Source of the DNA: Octopus vulgaris
Lineage: Eukaryota
Assembly: GCA_951406725.2 (NCBI GenBank)
Contig: OX597821.1
Span: forward strand, 86,428,001-86,492,000
Reading direction: 5' to 3'
DNA: 64,000 bases
Made by a program: the position numbers and the translations under genes. Position 1 is the stretch's first letter. Each line of letters starts with the position of its first letter. This document shows, in pieces, positions 51,384 to 64,000 of this stretch. The notes below the pieces were generated by a model. That model was not told where the DNA came from. It worked only from the letters and a program-made list of their open reading frames with translations, and did not search any database.

Positions 51384-54279
51384 GTAAGTATTTCATTTTA
51401 TACAAAATTTAGCTAAGATAAACTACTTAATTAAAGACGTCATAGGAATTAATGAAATAGATTGAGCAAGTGTTCATATACAAAATGGCGTACGTAACAT
51501 CTTTTTAACGAATTGAGATTTACATTTTTAGCGAGAGGAATATAAAGCAAGCTGCAGTTGTTTGTTACAAAGAAGAATGGAAATATTTTCAAGTAATTAA
51601 GAATTAATTTAAAGCCATTAATTTTATACTTATCAGGAAACATGATCTTTATATTGGAAGGAAGGATGGTGTGATTTGGTTTGAGCTTCCTAGACTACGT
51701 CAGCAAAGCATTGTTAGCATGATAGAGCAGGTAGTATTCTTTATTTTTCGCTGAGAGTGACTTATAAGGCAAAAACATGGACGCCACTGTTTTCGATCAC
51801 GCTTATAAAAATAACTAATTTTTGTAATTGACTTTTAATTTCTTGAAATTATTTCCTCTTTTCTGTGTTAGACTTTAACGACTCCCATCGTTAAAGGTAA
51901 TCGTTTACTGTCTCCAGCTAAGAGATAAACTTTATTTATTTATCTATTTATTTATGCGTATATCAGTCAGGGAATGAAAACCCGTCTTCATTTATTTATT
52001 ACGTGTAATATCTTGCTAACTTTGAGTATCATTCAAATTTTGTCAAATCTTGTCAAAATCTTGTAAACAACAATCTACTATGCTTTATTTTTGTTTTATT
52101 GTTGATGCACGTTTCCTACGACCTGTATCGTGTATTGTTTCTCATTCCTGTTTTTGAATATTTTTTAATTGTACATTGGCAAAACCGGTTAAGTTACGAG
52201 CTACGAACAAAATATTTTTCCTTACAACCTTTTATGTTCGTGTTTCAATTCCGCCGGATATTAACTTATCTTTTCCTGTCTGGTACCTGTCTAGTACTTT
52301 CCTGTCTTGTACCTGTACTAGTACTTGAATTGTTGCAATCGAGTAAACCCACTTTTAAATATATGGCCTTGTGCAAGTGTCATAAGTGTTTATTTAAATT
52401 GCAAGGGACTAATAAAAATGGGACTGGATTAGATGAAATCCCTTGCCATATGTTGTTACGACTCTGTTAAAATTCCCCTCTAATCGACTTTGCATTTATC
52501 ATCCCGCTGTCAATAAAATGAAGCACAGACTTGTTTTATCAAACGTACCTTCCCCAAAATTTATGCCAATTAGGACCCTCTTTGTAGTATTATAGGCCCC
52601 GAGCAAATCAGTGCACCAGGCCCTGATGTATATATTTATTGTGAACAAGCCCCTAGACCTGAGAGGCTCGACGGTCAACTCCCCACTGATGCCAACGATA
52701 GCAATCTTTATTTTAAACAATTTTTACACGAGGTTTAGCTGTATAGTTTTAGTTTTACCATATTGAAATGCAAATATCAAAATTATTCAATAACATTTAA
52801 GATCTTAATTATGTTTGTAACTTATAAAGTTTCCATATGAATGCGGTAATTCATAGTCAAAGAAACCAATACAAAAAACTGTATGTTCTACAGAGATATA
52901 GCTGCCTATATATGTGTTAGTTGTAAAATATATATACATCGCAAGAGTAGTTAGCAGAAGAAAAGTGAATTATATAGTGTGTAATTGGTTATAATCACAC
53001 ACCTAATTGTTAATTTTCTTTGGTATTTACCGAAATTATTATAATAGGATGTCAATGAGATAATATTGTCATTTCCTCGCCGATTTTTAGTGCACATAAT
53101 ATAAACTGTGTTAATGCTGGATTAAATATTCTTTTCTATGAAGGCGGAATTTAAAAAAGAATATGATGTGGGACACTTATTTATTAAATGTATTAATATT
53201 TTACGCCTACTCATGTACTATATCATATATCTATTTTGTGATTCTCTCATCATTATTTAAGCAATTGCGGTGAAATTCACTTTATGCTGAGAAGGTCTAA
53301 TTCAGCTAAAACGTGTACAGTGTTTTCTGTACTTGCCGAAATTAATGTAATCATTAAGCAAAATCTATAGTTCACTGCATAACTATTCGAAATTAGGTTA
53401 ATATGTCAATATTGACTTATCCTTTCTAGACAAAAAGGCTTAAATCTAATTTCTTTAATTTAAAAAGATTACAACGAAATCTGGTGCCGTTACAGTTTTC
53501 CAAGTCCTCTTTAGAATATGATCAATCTCTCATCAACTTGCATCGATAATATCAGTGTTTGTCTTATGTCAAGTATTAGATTGCGTCTGTAAAGTCTAAG
53601 ATACGTATTACTTTGAGGAAACGGTCCACAGTTATAAGCCATACCTGCAAAGTAAAATTGATTTGTGCGATACTTTGCAATGCGGTGAAGAATTCAAATA
53701 TTCCTCTAGATTATATATTCAATAGGTTAAAGGCACCCAAAGAATTCTTTGTAAAACCCTTTCGTACGGAAGGATACTTTACGTGGCTGCTTGATTTTAA
53801 AATGACCAGGTTTCGTTAACGTAACAAAATATCGACTTTAAAAGATCCAATATTTATTGCTGACTGTAGACAGCTGATTAGAGGAAGTCGAAATAATCAA
53901 AAGCGTTCCATTCTCAACCACCTCTGTTTGCTTTTAGACCTCAGGTCAGCCCTGATCAGTCAGATTCATAATCAAAGACAATCCAGTCGGTACCAGTCTC
54001 ATTTAACTTGGACTGCATTATCCGTCGCGCGCTTCCACTTTGAAGAAATTTTGAAATAATGAGTTGAGGAAATTTAGATGCTTTTTCTTCCAGATTGAGC
54101 AGACGTCTCATATCTCGCGTGAATATTGTTGCTTTTGATGATAATGGTGCGGATCCTGATGAAATTGATTTTGAAGTTGATGAAGTAGAGGAGGAGGAGG
54201 AGGAGGATCGTGATGACGTGGAAGAGGTAGAAGGGAATAAGAAGATTATGATAAGAGTCTTTCTTCTTTTCTTTTCTAG

Positions 54280-54438
54280 CAAAATACAATGAGAGTCCTG
54301 TGGGGCTACGGTAAGACAGACAATGTAAGTGACAACTTGCAACCGGATGGCGTCAAAAGTCTGTATCTGCTTGAAGACCAGTTGCCTGAACCAGAAATGC
54401 CAAATGATGCATTTCATATACAATTCAGAATGAATAAA
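54280..54438 (+). CDS. MOXD1: DBH-like monooxygenase gene 2, DOMON end + linker exon
   Basis: ttctag|QNTMRVLWGYGKTD...GVKSLYLL...PNDAFHIQFRMNK|gtaaga; T.R.IWAY and G.KSL.LL motifs. No later exons recognised in this window. Confidence 0.88.
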
Positions 54439-54971
54439 GTAAGAATTTATATTCCTTTTAATTTTTTAAATTAATCAATTTATTTATTCTTTTATTTCAG
54501 AATGAATGAAGTAAGAATTCATAATCCTTTTAATATCTTTAATTCATTCATTCATTTTCTATTTATCTGTTTGTAATCCTTTTTACAATACAAAATCGAA
54601 ACGTGAATTTGACCAACGTAATGGAGATCAGTAAAGTTGACAGGCTAAATAATAATTAAAAAAGTACTATTTAACCTCTTCTCTCTTAGGTGATAAACTT
54701 CATCCGTAACATTGCCACCATTAGGTGCCTGAATTCCTTCGGTGAAGTCATCTCTGTTCCTTTCGATCTCGGTCTCCGAAAACTTCATTTCTTCCTCAGG
54801 TGCTGACCTTTTGCCTCTGATAAAGCTATAAAAACAAAGTGTGATCTACTTTCGAACCCCGTAGAAGTCGAACCTACATTTTGATACCTACAGTTTTGAA
54901 AAAATACATCTGTCATATATCGATGTCGATTCTAAAATACCAAGGGTCGGAAAAATATTTTTGAGGAAGAA

Positions 54972-55510
54972 GGCGGCGAGCTGGCAGAAACGTTAGCACC
55001 CCGGGCGAAACGCGTAGCCGTATTTCGTCTGCCGTTACGTCCTGAGTTCAGATTCCGCCGAGTACGACTTTGCCTTTCATCCTTTAGGGGTCGATAAATT
55101 AAGTAACAGTAACGCACTGGGGTCGATATAATCAACTTAATCCGTTTGTCTGTCCTTGTTTGTCCTCCCTGTGTTTAGCCCCTTGTGGGTAGTAAAGAAG
55201 TTGGTGTTTCGTCTACCGTTACGTTCTGAGTTCAAATTCCGCCGAGGTCGACTTTGCCTTTCATCCTTTCGGGGTCCATTAAATAAGTACCAGTTATGCA
55301 CTGGGATCGATGTAATCGACTTAATCCGTTTTTCTGTCCTTGTTTGTCCCCTCTGTGTCTAGCCCCCTGTGGGTAGTAAAGAAATAAGTATTTCGTCTGT
55401 CGTTGCGTTCTGATTTCAAATTCCACCGAGATTGACTTTGCCTTTCATCCTTTCGGGTCATTAAATTAAGTACCAGTTGCCTACTGTGGTCGTTCTAATC
55501 GACTGTCCCC
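54972..55510 (+). mobile_element. Multimeric tRNA-derived SINE (about 2.7 body units)
   Basis: Units start at 55020, 55204 and 55388 (period 184). Confidence 0.88.
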
Positions 55511-56306
55511 TCCAGTCGAGTAAGATCAGATTGGAACTATTCTTGTCATACAAACCATAACTGAAACAAAACAAATGAATATAGCTATTTTTTTAAAAAT
55601 TCAGTTACTATTTCGATAATAGAAATATATATCTACACCTGTTTACTCGTACTATCAACTAATGGAGACAGTAGAATTTTGGTGTGGGGAGGATAACATA
55701 GCATATCCATTATGGTTCCAACTTTTTGGTTTCTGTATTCAAAACTCATTGTGGGTATCAATCTTTGAACACTAATCTACAGACAAATTCCAGCGCATCT
55801 CCCTCAGCGGCAACGCTTTTTTTTTTTCATTTTGTCTGCTGGGACAATAAGCCAGTCTAACTTAGAGGAAATTGTACGTTCCAGCCCTCAATATAAAGTT
55901 GCTTCTAGATATAGAACTGTTTTGATAAATTTTTGGAAAAATTTTACACTAAATTATGTATTTTTCAGCGAGGACCCCATAATAAGCATTATGAAATATA
56001 TATCAGTTGATTAATACTGCCTCAATGTTGCAGAAGGCATGAAAGTACTTGTTTTATCTTTGAATTTTGTTTTTCTTTCGCATAATTTTATTGTGCCGAA
56101 TTCTGAAATCTATAATCTAGCTAGCAAGTTAAAGAAGTATACACACGCACACACATAGATACATATACACATGTACCTAAACACGCACACACTAACACCC
56201 ACGAACGCACGCACACACACACACACACACACATACACACACGCACACATTTTCACATGAGGTGGTACACATTCCTGAATTGACCGTTAATAAATAAATA
56301 TATATG

Positions 56307-56345
<39 letters not shown>

Positions 56346-56575
56346 AATTAAGAGAAATAACCTCTAAGTAATTCGATTGACAGTGAAAGATATATTAATT
56401 CATATAGAAAAATTTAAATATATTATGATAAACATTATTCTAACAACCATTAAATTAAATAAACATTAAATTGACTACACGCGTTTCGTGACTATATCGT
56501 TAAATCGATAATAATAAAATCGGCAATATTAAAATTAATTCGATTTAAAATTAATCCAATTCAAAAATATAGCCA

Positions 56576-56832
<257 letters not shown>

Positions 56833-56837
56833 GTGAA

Positions 56838-56903
56838 GGCGCATGGCTCAGTGGTTAGAGCGTCGAGCTTACGATCGTGTGGTTGTGAGCTCGAATCCCG
56901 GAC
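56838..56903 (+). mobile_element. Isolated tRNA-like SINE head
   Basis: A box TGGCTCAGTGG and B-box-like GCTCGAATCCC; no acceptor-stem closure. Confidence 0.6.
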
Positions 56904-57042
56904 ATATTATTATGGCGTCCTCGCTGAAAATACATAATTTAGCGTAATATGAGGGTAATAAAGATTTTATAATTTTTTACTACCAGTGGCCTAGCGTGTA
57001 AAAAAATTAGTCAATACACTATATATTATTCATATAAATACG

Positions 57043-57264
57043 GTGTACATTTAAACACATAAGAGGTATCCGTCATAGGATTCCTGGCACGCTAGAAGGA
57101 ACAGCCAAAGTCCAAACCACTATTTGGGATAGAACGTCGAAGGGAATGAAAAGTAAAAAAATTGCCATCTATCTTCTGGACTCTAATAGTTGTGTGGACT
57201 TTGGCTGTTCCTTCTAGCGTGTCAGAAATCCTATGACGGATACTTCTTGTATTTAAATGTACAC
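57043..57264. repeat. ~70-bp inverted repeat
   Basis: 57043-57114 vs 57195-57264; right arm resembles 63585-63657. Confidence 0.8.
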
Positions 57265-57279
57265 GTGTGTGTGTGTGTG

Positions 57280-57600
57280 GAAGCACATGGCCTAGTGGTT
57301 AAAGCAGCGGACTCGCGGTCGAGGGATCGTGGGTTCGAATCTCTGACCGGGCGATGTGTAAAATTGACATCTAAGCTCCATGGGTGAGTTTAACACCGAA
57401 GCTCCACGCGGCTCCGACAGAAGGTAATGGTGAACTTCTGCTGACTCTTTCACCACAACTTTCTCTCACTCTTTACCTCCTGCATCTTGCAGCTCATCTG
57501 CGACGGACCGGTGTCCCATTCAGGTGGGGAACCTATACGCCAAGGAAATCGGGAAACCAGCCCTATGAGCCAGGCATGGCTCGAGAAGGAACAAACAATA
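57280..57600 (+). mobile_element. tRNA-derived SINE (third family)
   Basis: TGGCCTAGTGG A box, GGTTCGAATC B box, body and ACAA-type tail. Confidence 0.7.
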
Positions 57601-60600
57601 TATTTGATTTGATTGATTGATTTTTGATTTTTCCAGTTTCAGCTTATGAGCTGTGGCCATGCTGGGGCACCGCCATTTGGTGTTGCTACTTGGTTTCACT
57701 TCATGAAGGCTTTCTAGCAGCTGCTATTTGGTGCATGAGAGAGTTCGATGCAGCTGCCCTCATCTGCCCCTCCTGCCGTGAAGTTGGTTCATCTGGGACA
57801 CCTGACAGGAAGAGATCCAGCTTCATTTTAAAGACATCTGTATCCACCCCATGCAGGTCTCTCAGGTTCTTCGGGAGGATATTGAAGAGCTGTGGGCCTC
57901 GGAAGCCCAGGCTATCACAGAATCTTGTCCTACATCTTGATGGCAAGTTTGGAGTCCTAGGCACCACGCAGTGGCGCCCAGTTCTGGCATTTGCGTAACT
58001 CTCGATGCCAAAGTTCAGGACACTTCCCTCCAGGATCTTCCAGATGTATATTATGGCATATCTTTCCCGCCTACGCTCCAGGGAATATAATGTTAATTTC
58101 CTGAGTCTTTCCCAGTAGCTTACATTCTGCATAGAGGCTATCTTCTTCGTGTAGCTACGTTGGATCGCCTCGAGCTCTGTGATCAACTTGACACTGGATG
58201 GTGACCATAACTGAGAGCAGTAGTCAAAGTGGCTTAGGACAAGTGTCCTCCAGAGGACCATCATGGTTTCTTGTTCTCTTGTTCTAAAGGTTCTGAGGAT
58301 CCATCCGGCCAGTCGTCTACATTTCATTGCCAATTTAGCAACATGTACACGAAAGGTCGCGTCATCACTCATGTAAATACCTAGGTCACGCACTGATTGT
58401 GCCTCTGGGATTGCTATTCCTCCGGGTCCAGTGTATTCATTGGGTATTGCATTCAGTTTTGCATGCTGATAGTATAGAGCTTGAAACTTTTCAGCATTGA
58501 ACTGCATGCTATTCTTTTCGGCCCACTTGTATATTTTGTCTAGCTCACATTGCAGGTGTTTAGTGTCCTCAGGGTTCTGTATTGCCTGTGAGACTTTTGT
58601 ATCATCTGAATAACTTGTGATCGTGGCTCTCTGCGTGGCTGAGGGCATGTCTGAGAGGGCCATTATGAACAGTAGTGATCCCAGAACAGTGCCCTGCGGA
58701 ACACCGCTCACTAGTTGCGTGTTAATGGAAGTGGCCCCATTGGCCACTACCACCTGACTTCTATCTTTCAGAAAGTCATGAAGCCATTCTCCCAGTTTTC
58801 CAACTATGTTGAGATCACGCAGTTTGTGACATATCATTCCATGATCGACTTTATCAAAGGCCTTTGCAAAGTCGAGATATATGACTTCCACATTTGAGTG
58901 GTTGAGCAGCCGTTTCAGCACCCAGTCATAGTGTTGTAGGAGCTGAGTTAAACAGCTTCTCCCTGGTCGGAAACCATGTTGGGTGTCGGGCAGCAAGTCA
59001 TTTTCTTCAAGGAAGGTGATCAGCTTCCTTCTGACTATTCGTTCCATGACCTTGCTGATGTGTGAGGTCAGAGAGATAGGTCTATAGTTCTTGGCTTCCG
59101 CTCTGCTACCTCCTTTATGAATGGGGCATATTTTACCTTCCTTCAGTTTTCTTGGAAGTTTGCCAGCTGCAAGGAAGCTCTGAAAGAGGAACTGCAGTGG
59201 TCTTGCTAGGACTCTCTTACATGCTTTTAGGAGAATTGCCGGGAATCCATCGGGGCCAGTAGCTGAGTCTGTTTTCATTTCATCTATAGCCTTGATTACA
59301 TCGTCTTCCTTTATATCGATGTAATCTATCGTCGCCGCCTCTGATTTTATATCTGCAGTGGTAAAAAAAGTCAGTTGGATTGGTGATTTGGAGATGCCCA
59401 AGGGGTGGAGTGAAAACACTCTTGAATTGCTCATTCAGTATTTCACTTACCCTCATTGGTTTTCCTGTAAGTGTGCCATCCTTTTCGAGGAGTGGCCCTA
59501 TTCTACAGTGCACCGTAGCCGTTTCTTTGGCATACCTGTAGAAAGCTTTGGGGTTAGATTTTATGTTGTCTATAGCCCAGGCTTCTTTGTCTGCTCTTTC
59601 CTTTTCATGGGAGAGTTTCAGACATTTTTCGATTTCCAACAGTTTTATTTTTAGGCGGGACTTTTCACTGCTTTCAATCTGTTTGTTTAGGCGATTTGAA
59701 AATTTTGTACGCCGTCTCATTAGAATTTTCCTCTCTCTGGGGATTTTGTTCTTGTGTACAGTGGCCTTTCTCTCTGGGACATATTTGTAGCATATGGCTT
59801 GCATTACAGACATGAATTGTTGAAGTTTCACGTCGATGTCTGGCGAGGAGAGACATTTAGGCCAGTTTTGTTTGAGGATCTCTTTCTCAATTTGTTTCCA
59901 GTTTGCCTTATGGTAGTTCAAGCTGGAAAGATTCTGGGGGTTTCTTGTAGGCTGCATGTCCGTGCTCTCTTTTGGCCCGTACATGGTCAGCTCTATCATG
60001 TTGTGATCCGAGAGTAGTGTCGGTGTCACTTTCACATTATGGATGAGATCCATGTCATTTGTGAAGCAGAGATCCAGTGTGTTACCTGCCCTGGTTGGTT
60101 GGAGTATTACCTGCTCCATGTACAGGGTGTTGATGAGGTTCAGGAGGGACCTCGCCTGTCCTCGTTCACATCTTGTCATTCATCTGACATTTGGCAGATT
60201 GAAGTCTCCCATAAGAAGTACACTTATGTGTTGTTCTAATGTGGTTAGAACTTCTTCTATTTTTATAAGGCAGTCTTCAAACTTGCCCACATGGCTTGGG
60301 GCATCTGGAGGGCGGTATGTAGCACACACAACTACATCAAGTTGCCTAATATGTACAATTAGTGTGTCACACACCGAGTTTGAGTATGATAAGAGGACCT
60401 GGGGTGTGAGGTCCTCACGGATGTACATAGCAACACCTCCATGACTCCTTTCTTTCCTGTCGGTCCGTAGTACAGCATACTGTGGTATGTGTAACTCCGC
60501 ATCTGCTATATCCGGTTTCAGGTGCGTTTCCGTTAGTGCTATGCATAAGGCTTGATTGCATGCAACAAAATCTCTTAGGAACGGGATTTTTGTCCTGTTA

Positions 60601-60753
60601 CTGAGTGTTTGCGGTCCTCTGATGTTCAGTAGGAGCATCGAGGTGAGGTGTACGTTGTTGCCGGTGGTGTCCATCCTGGGTCTGTTTGCTGTGGTGGTGG
60701 TCTGGTATATAGTGGGTAGTCCCACCTGCGGGCTTGGGTTTGATGAAGCCAGG

Positions 60754-61533
60754 TCAGCTGCTGTACAATCTTTTGTGCCATGCACAAAAAGATTGTTGCT
60801 CAGCAGCTGCCCTTTCGACAACATCATGTTGGTGGTTTGTGGCACGCACAACATCTGCGTACCTCCGCTTTGGGGCAAATGGTGCGTGGTCCATCCCTTT
60901 TCCTTGTGTTGATGGTTTGTCCATCTGCCTCGTGTCTCTGTGGCAGGGTCCCCGATGTGCAAAGCGGCAGCCTGCACCTTCCTTTCCATGACAGCAGGAA
61001 CCTCTCAGGTAGAACCTACACACCTGTGTGCGCTGTCCGTTTCCATCTTTTGCGGTTCCACTTCTATTCCTAGTTTTTTCACCCTTTGGTCCTGCTTGAG
61101 CTTTTCCTTTAGCTCTACCAGCCCTTCTTTTAGTTCTTCCTCCTCCCTCTACCTCTTCACCGGGTTCTCCGTCTCCATGGCCTTTGCTGCCGGTTGGAGA
61201 ACTTGCACCTGGGTTCACTTCCCGGGCAGGTTTCTCATTCAAAACCTCCTCCCGGGCATCCACCAGGTGGGGGTGACTTCTTTCATCGTCTCCATTCTTG
61301 TCATCTTTGCCTCGCTCGTTCTCAAAGATGGCATCAAGTGCGCCAATGTGCGACCGTACAAGCGCATATGAGCGCACGAATTCCCGTCTCTTTCGCTCCA
61401 TCTGAGCCGCTGTCCTCTTGTAGCCTCTGCTCTTCAGCGCAGCCGCAATCACCTCGCTAGGGCTATCTCCGCCGGCGCACCCCCATGCTTGTACGAATAA
61501 ATCCAGCTCGTCAGGTCTCCATGCTCTGGACAT
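60754..61533 (-). CDS. LINE ORF1 with Myb/SANT(trihelix)-like N-terminus and CCCH zinc finger
   Basis: WRPDELDLFVQAW...EVIAAALKSRGYKRTAAQMERK and CRFYLRGSCCHGKEGAGCRFAH; directly upstream of ORF2. Confidence 0.65.
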   Translation of the reverse strand: MSRAWRPDELDLFVQAWGCAGGDSPSEVIAAALKSRGYKRTAAQMERKRREFVRSYALVRSHIGALDAIFENERGKDDKNGDDERSHPHLVDAREEVLNEKPAREVNPGASSPTGSKGHGDGEPGEEVEGGGRTKRRAGRAKGKAQAGPKGEKTRNRSGTAKDGNGQRTQVCRFYLRGSCCHGKEGAGCRFAHRGPCHRDTRQMDKPSTQGKGMDHAPFAPKRRYADVVRATNHQHDVVERAAAEQQSFCAWHKRLYSS

Positions 61534-61591
61534 GCTGGATGATCTGTCTATTTGTTTATCTATTTAACTATGTTCGAGAGAAGACAAGAAG

Positions 61592-62245
61592 ATATTTAAT
61601 CTTAAGGCTAATTATGGGATAGAGTATTATTAATATTAACAATATTAAAGTTTGTGGGTAAAAACGTTATTTAATCTTAGGCTAATTAGGAGATAGAGTA
61701 TCTGAAAATATGTTAACAATATTACAATTATATTAAAGTGTGGGTAATAATCGTTATTTAATCTTGGGGCTAATTAGAAGGTAGAGTATTCAAAAATATA
61801 TTAAAGTGTGGGTGAAAAAGTTAAAGTGTGGGTAAAAACGTTATTTAATCTTAAGGCTAATTAGAGGATAGAGTATCTGAAAATATGTTAACAATATTAC
61901 AATTATATTAAAGTGTGGGTAATAATCGTTATTTAATCTTGAGGCTAATTAGAAGGTAGAGCATCCAAAAATATATTAAAGTGTGGGTGAAACGTTATTT
62001 AATCTTAAGGCTAATTAGAGGATAGAGTATCTGAAAATATATTAACAAATATTTAAAATGTGGGTAAAAAGGCTAATTAGAAAGATATTAGAGTGTGGGT
62101 AAAAAATTAGATGTTAAAGTGTGGGTAATAAACGTTGTTTATTCTTAGGCTAATTAGAAGATAGAGTATCTGAAAAATTATTAACGATAAACAGTATTAA
62201 ACGTTATTTAATCTTAAGGCTAATTAGAAGATGGAGTATCTGAAA
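61592..62245. repeat. Tandem array of ~60-85-bp AT-rich monomers at the LINE 5' end
   Basis: Recurring aaagtgtgggt..cgttatttaatcttaaggctaattaga..atagagtat, about 8 imperfect copies in alternating subtypes. Confidence 0.85.
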
Positions 62246-62939
62246 GAGGTAAGAAAGAGGGGAAAGATTAGTTATCTATATAAAGTTCGTGAAAGTTCAC
62301 GTCCATGCATATATACGCATACATATATACATACACGCACACACACATACATACACGTGCACACACATACACATATACACAGACGGGGAGAGAAGGAAGG
62401 TGGAAAAAAAAAGAGAAGAAAATGAGTGAAAATATATTAAAATATATATATATTTTAAAGTGTGAAGAAAGGGTTATTTAATTTTGAAGCCAAGTTCGAG
62501 ACAGTTATTGAAATGTAAACAAACAAAAAAATAGCGATCGTAGACTTTAACGGAGATGTGGGCTTAGGTTATATAAAATAGGATAATAAACAAAATATGA
62601 AATATAAGATGAAAGGGATACTTAATCCAACGATGTGGTCTGGATTTTTCGTGGGTTTTTTTCGTGGTTATTTTCCAGGAGATGTTTCTTTTTCCTTCTA
62701 CAGTGGATTTTTTTTCGCCATGTGCGTTTTCGGTCAAAAGAAAAAATTTTTACTGAGTTTGGCTTCAGGCAAAGTATATTACGTTTTTGATTAATATATT
62801 TGTAGCCGAAGTGTTGTAGTGGGATTTATGAGTTGAATTTGTGACTTTCAATAGATTATTTCACCGATTTATGCACACTTTCTGCTTTTTAAACAGAGCA
62901 AAGACGATACACGACTCTCCCTGTCGGATCCGAAAATAC

Positions 62940-62982
<43 letters not shown>

Positions 62983-63437
62983 TTACTTGAAAATGGATGC
63001 GTGGCATTCGATTGTATAATAATATGAATAACATATGCATATATACATACATATATGTACATACCTACATATATATGTACATATACAAACATATATGGGT
63101 ACAGAACATCAAAATAACGTCATCAAAATGAGAAACGAGAACATAAAAAACAAAAACACAGAAAACGAACTTTTTTTCAAACAACAAAAGAAACAAATAG
63201 AGAAACGGAATAGGAAATATAAAGAACATTTCTTCCATCTGTTGTCCCTCGTTTCGAAGGTGGGGAATGTTCTTTATGTTCTTTAGTGAGTTTTTTTTTG
63301 TTTTTTTTTTAAATTTCACTACCAGTGGCCTAGCATGCCGATTGAAACTGCGCTTGCGCGGTGAATTTGAAAAATTATAATGTATAACGATGAAACACGT
63401 ATTCTTCGTCTCTTAATTATATGTTAGTGATATGGCG

Positions 63438-63512
63438 CGGTCACTGATGAGAAATTTTGTCCTAGTAAATTATTTTATTTGCCAAAATGATTTTGAAACC
63501 TAGGTCTAACCG
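63438..63512 (+). ncRNA. Type I hammerhead ribozyme with canonical core and extended stem II
   Basis: CGGTCA-CTGATGA-GAAATTTTG...CAAAATGATTTT-GAAA-CCTAGG-TC-TAACCG; one stem I mismatch; predicted cleavage after C63506. Confidence 0.72.
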
Positions 63513-63656
63513 GAATAAAATAACAAGGTAAAAGTTTTTATTTCTCATTCCTTTTGAAGATTGCTCTTAAATGTGGTTTTGGTCGTTTTGACTACTTCTT
63601 CTAGCGTGTAAAAACTGCCTGTTGAAGGCAGTTTTCTCTTGTGTTTAAATGTACAC

Positions 63657-63699
<43 letters not shown>

Positions 63700-63701
<2 letters not shown>

Positions 63702-63758
63702 CTGACCAAAGCCTTGTGGGTCGATCTGGTAGACGGAGACTGAAAGAAGCTTATCGTA

Positions 63759-63853
<95 letters not shown>

Positions 63854-64000
63854 TCTCTTTTACTCTTTTACTTGTTTCAGTCATTTGACTGCGGCCATGC
63901 TGGAGCACCGCCTTTAGTCGAGCAAATCGACCCCGGGACTTATTCTTTGTAAGCCCAGTACTTATTCTATCGGTCTCTTTTGCCGAACCGCTAAGTGACG
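63700..64000. mobile_element. Two SINE pieces in opposite orientation around (CTAT)n
   Basis: 63700-63760 is forward body; 63853-64000 is the reverse complement of the 3' half of the 23084-23500 family. Confidence 0.8.

Larger units (their letters stand above)
57605..62245 (-). mobile_element. Near full-length APE-RT LINE (CR1/L2-group-like) with ORF1, broken ORF2 and tandem-repeat 5' end
   Basis: APE motifs LLNIRG, IALTETHL, GGVAMY, YRPP, GDFNLP; RT motifs NYRPISLTS, QHGFR, YLDFAKAFD, SGVPQGTVLG, YSDD; (ATCA)n-like tail; in-frame stop at 60180 and frameshift near 59365. Confidence 0.92.

Noticed and set aside
54095-54292. Acidic 65-aa ORF next to a gene 2 exon
   Set aside because: Derived from (GAG)/(GAT) repeats, out of frame with the exon and overlapping its pyrimidine tract
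54690-54810. Possible next exon of gene 2 after ctcttag
   Set aside because: Translation shows no monooxygenase motif (expected P...TTY.C) and reaches a stop
56473-56578. Minus-strand GAAA-CGCGTG-TA half ribozyme
   Set aside because: The CUGANGA half is replaced by (TA)n; incomplete
56838-57350. Two tRNA-like sequences as real tRNA genes
   Set aside because: No complete acceptor stem; one continues into a SINE body

Overview
AT-rich, intron-rich animal DNA, most likely an octopus/cephalopod genome (inferred from the mollusc-type mitochondrial insert and the SINE/LINE repertoire). It holds two tandem, + strand DBH-like copper monooxygenase (MOXD1-like) genes. Gene 1 is represented by its 3' half (six phase-compatible exons, 792-23852, with the HxH and EMC copper ligands). 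Gene 2 is represented by its 5' part (signal peptide, DOMON domain and linker; exons at 44728, 51264 and 54280). Introns and the intergenic spacer are filled with R4/Dong-like LINE fragments in (TAA)n tracts, Penelope-like elements (PLEs), an ORF1-only L1/Tx1-like element nested in a SINE, two mariner copies and a MITE, multimeric tRNA-derived SINEs, and a near full-length APE-RT LINE with an unusual ORF1. There is also an old ~4 kb NUMT (ND4-trnH-ND5-trnF-ATP6) between two copies of a ~500 bp nuclear segment. The most striking unannotated signal is about ten type I hammerhead ribozyme motifs from several different sequence families. They include a tandem 359-nt retrozyme-like unit with a U3-A8 covariant core, and canonical-core ribozymes with very long stem II insertions, several in sense orientation inside the monooxygenase introns and paired with antisense arms. 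All calls were made by eye; TE family names are recalled motif similarity, not database results.
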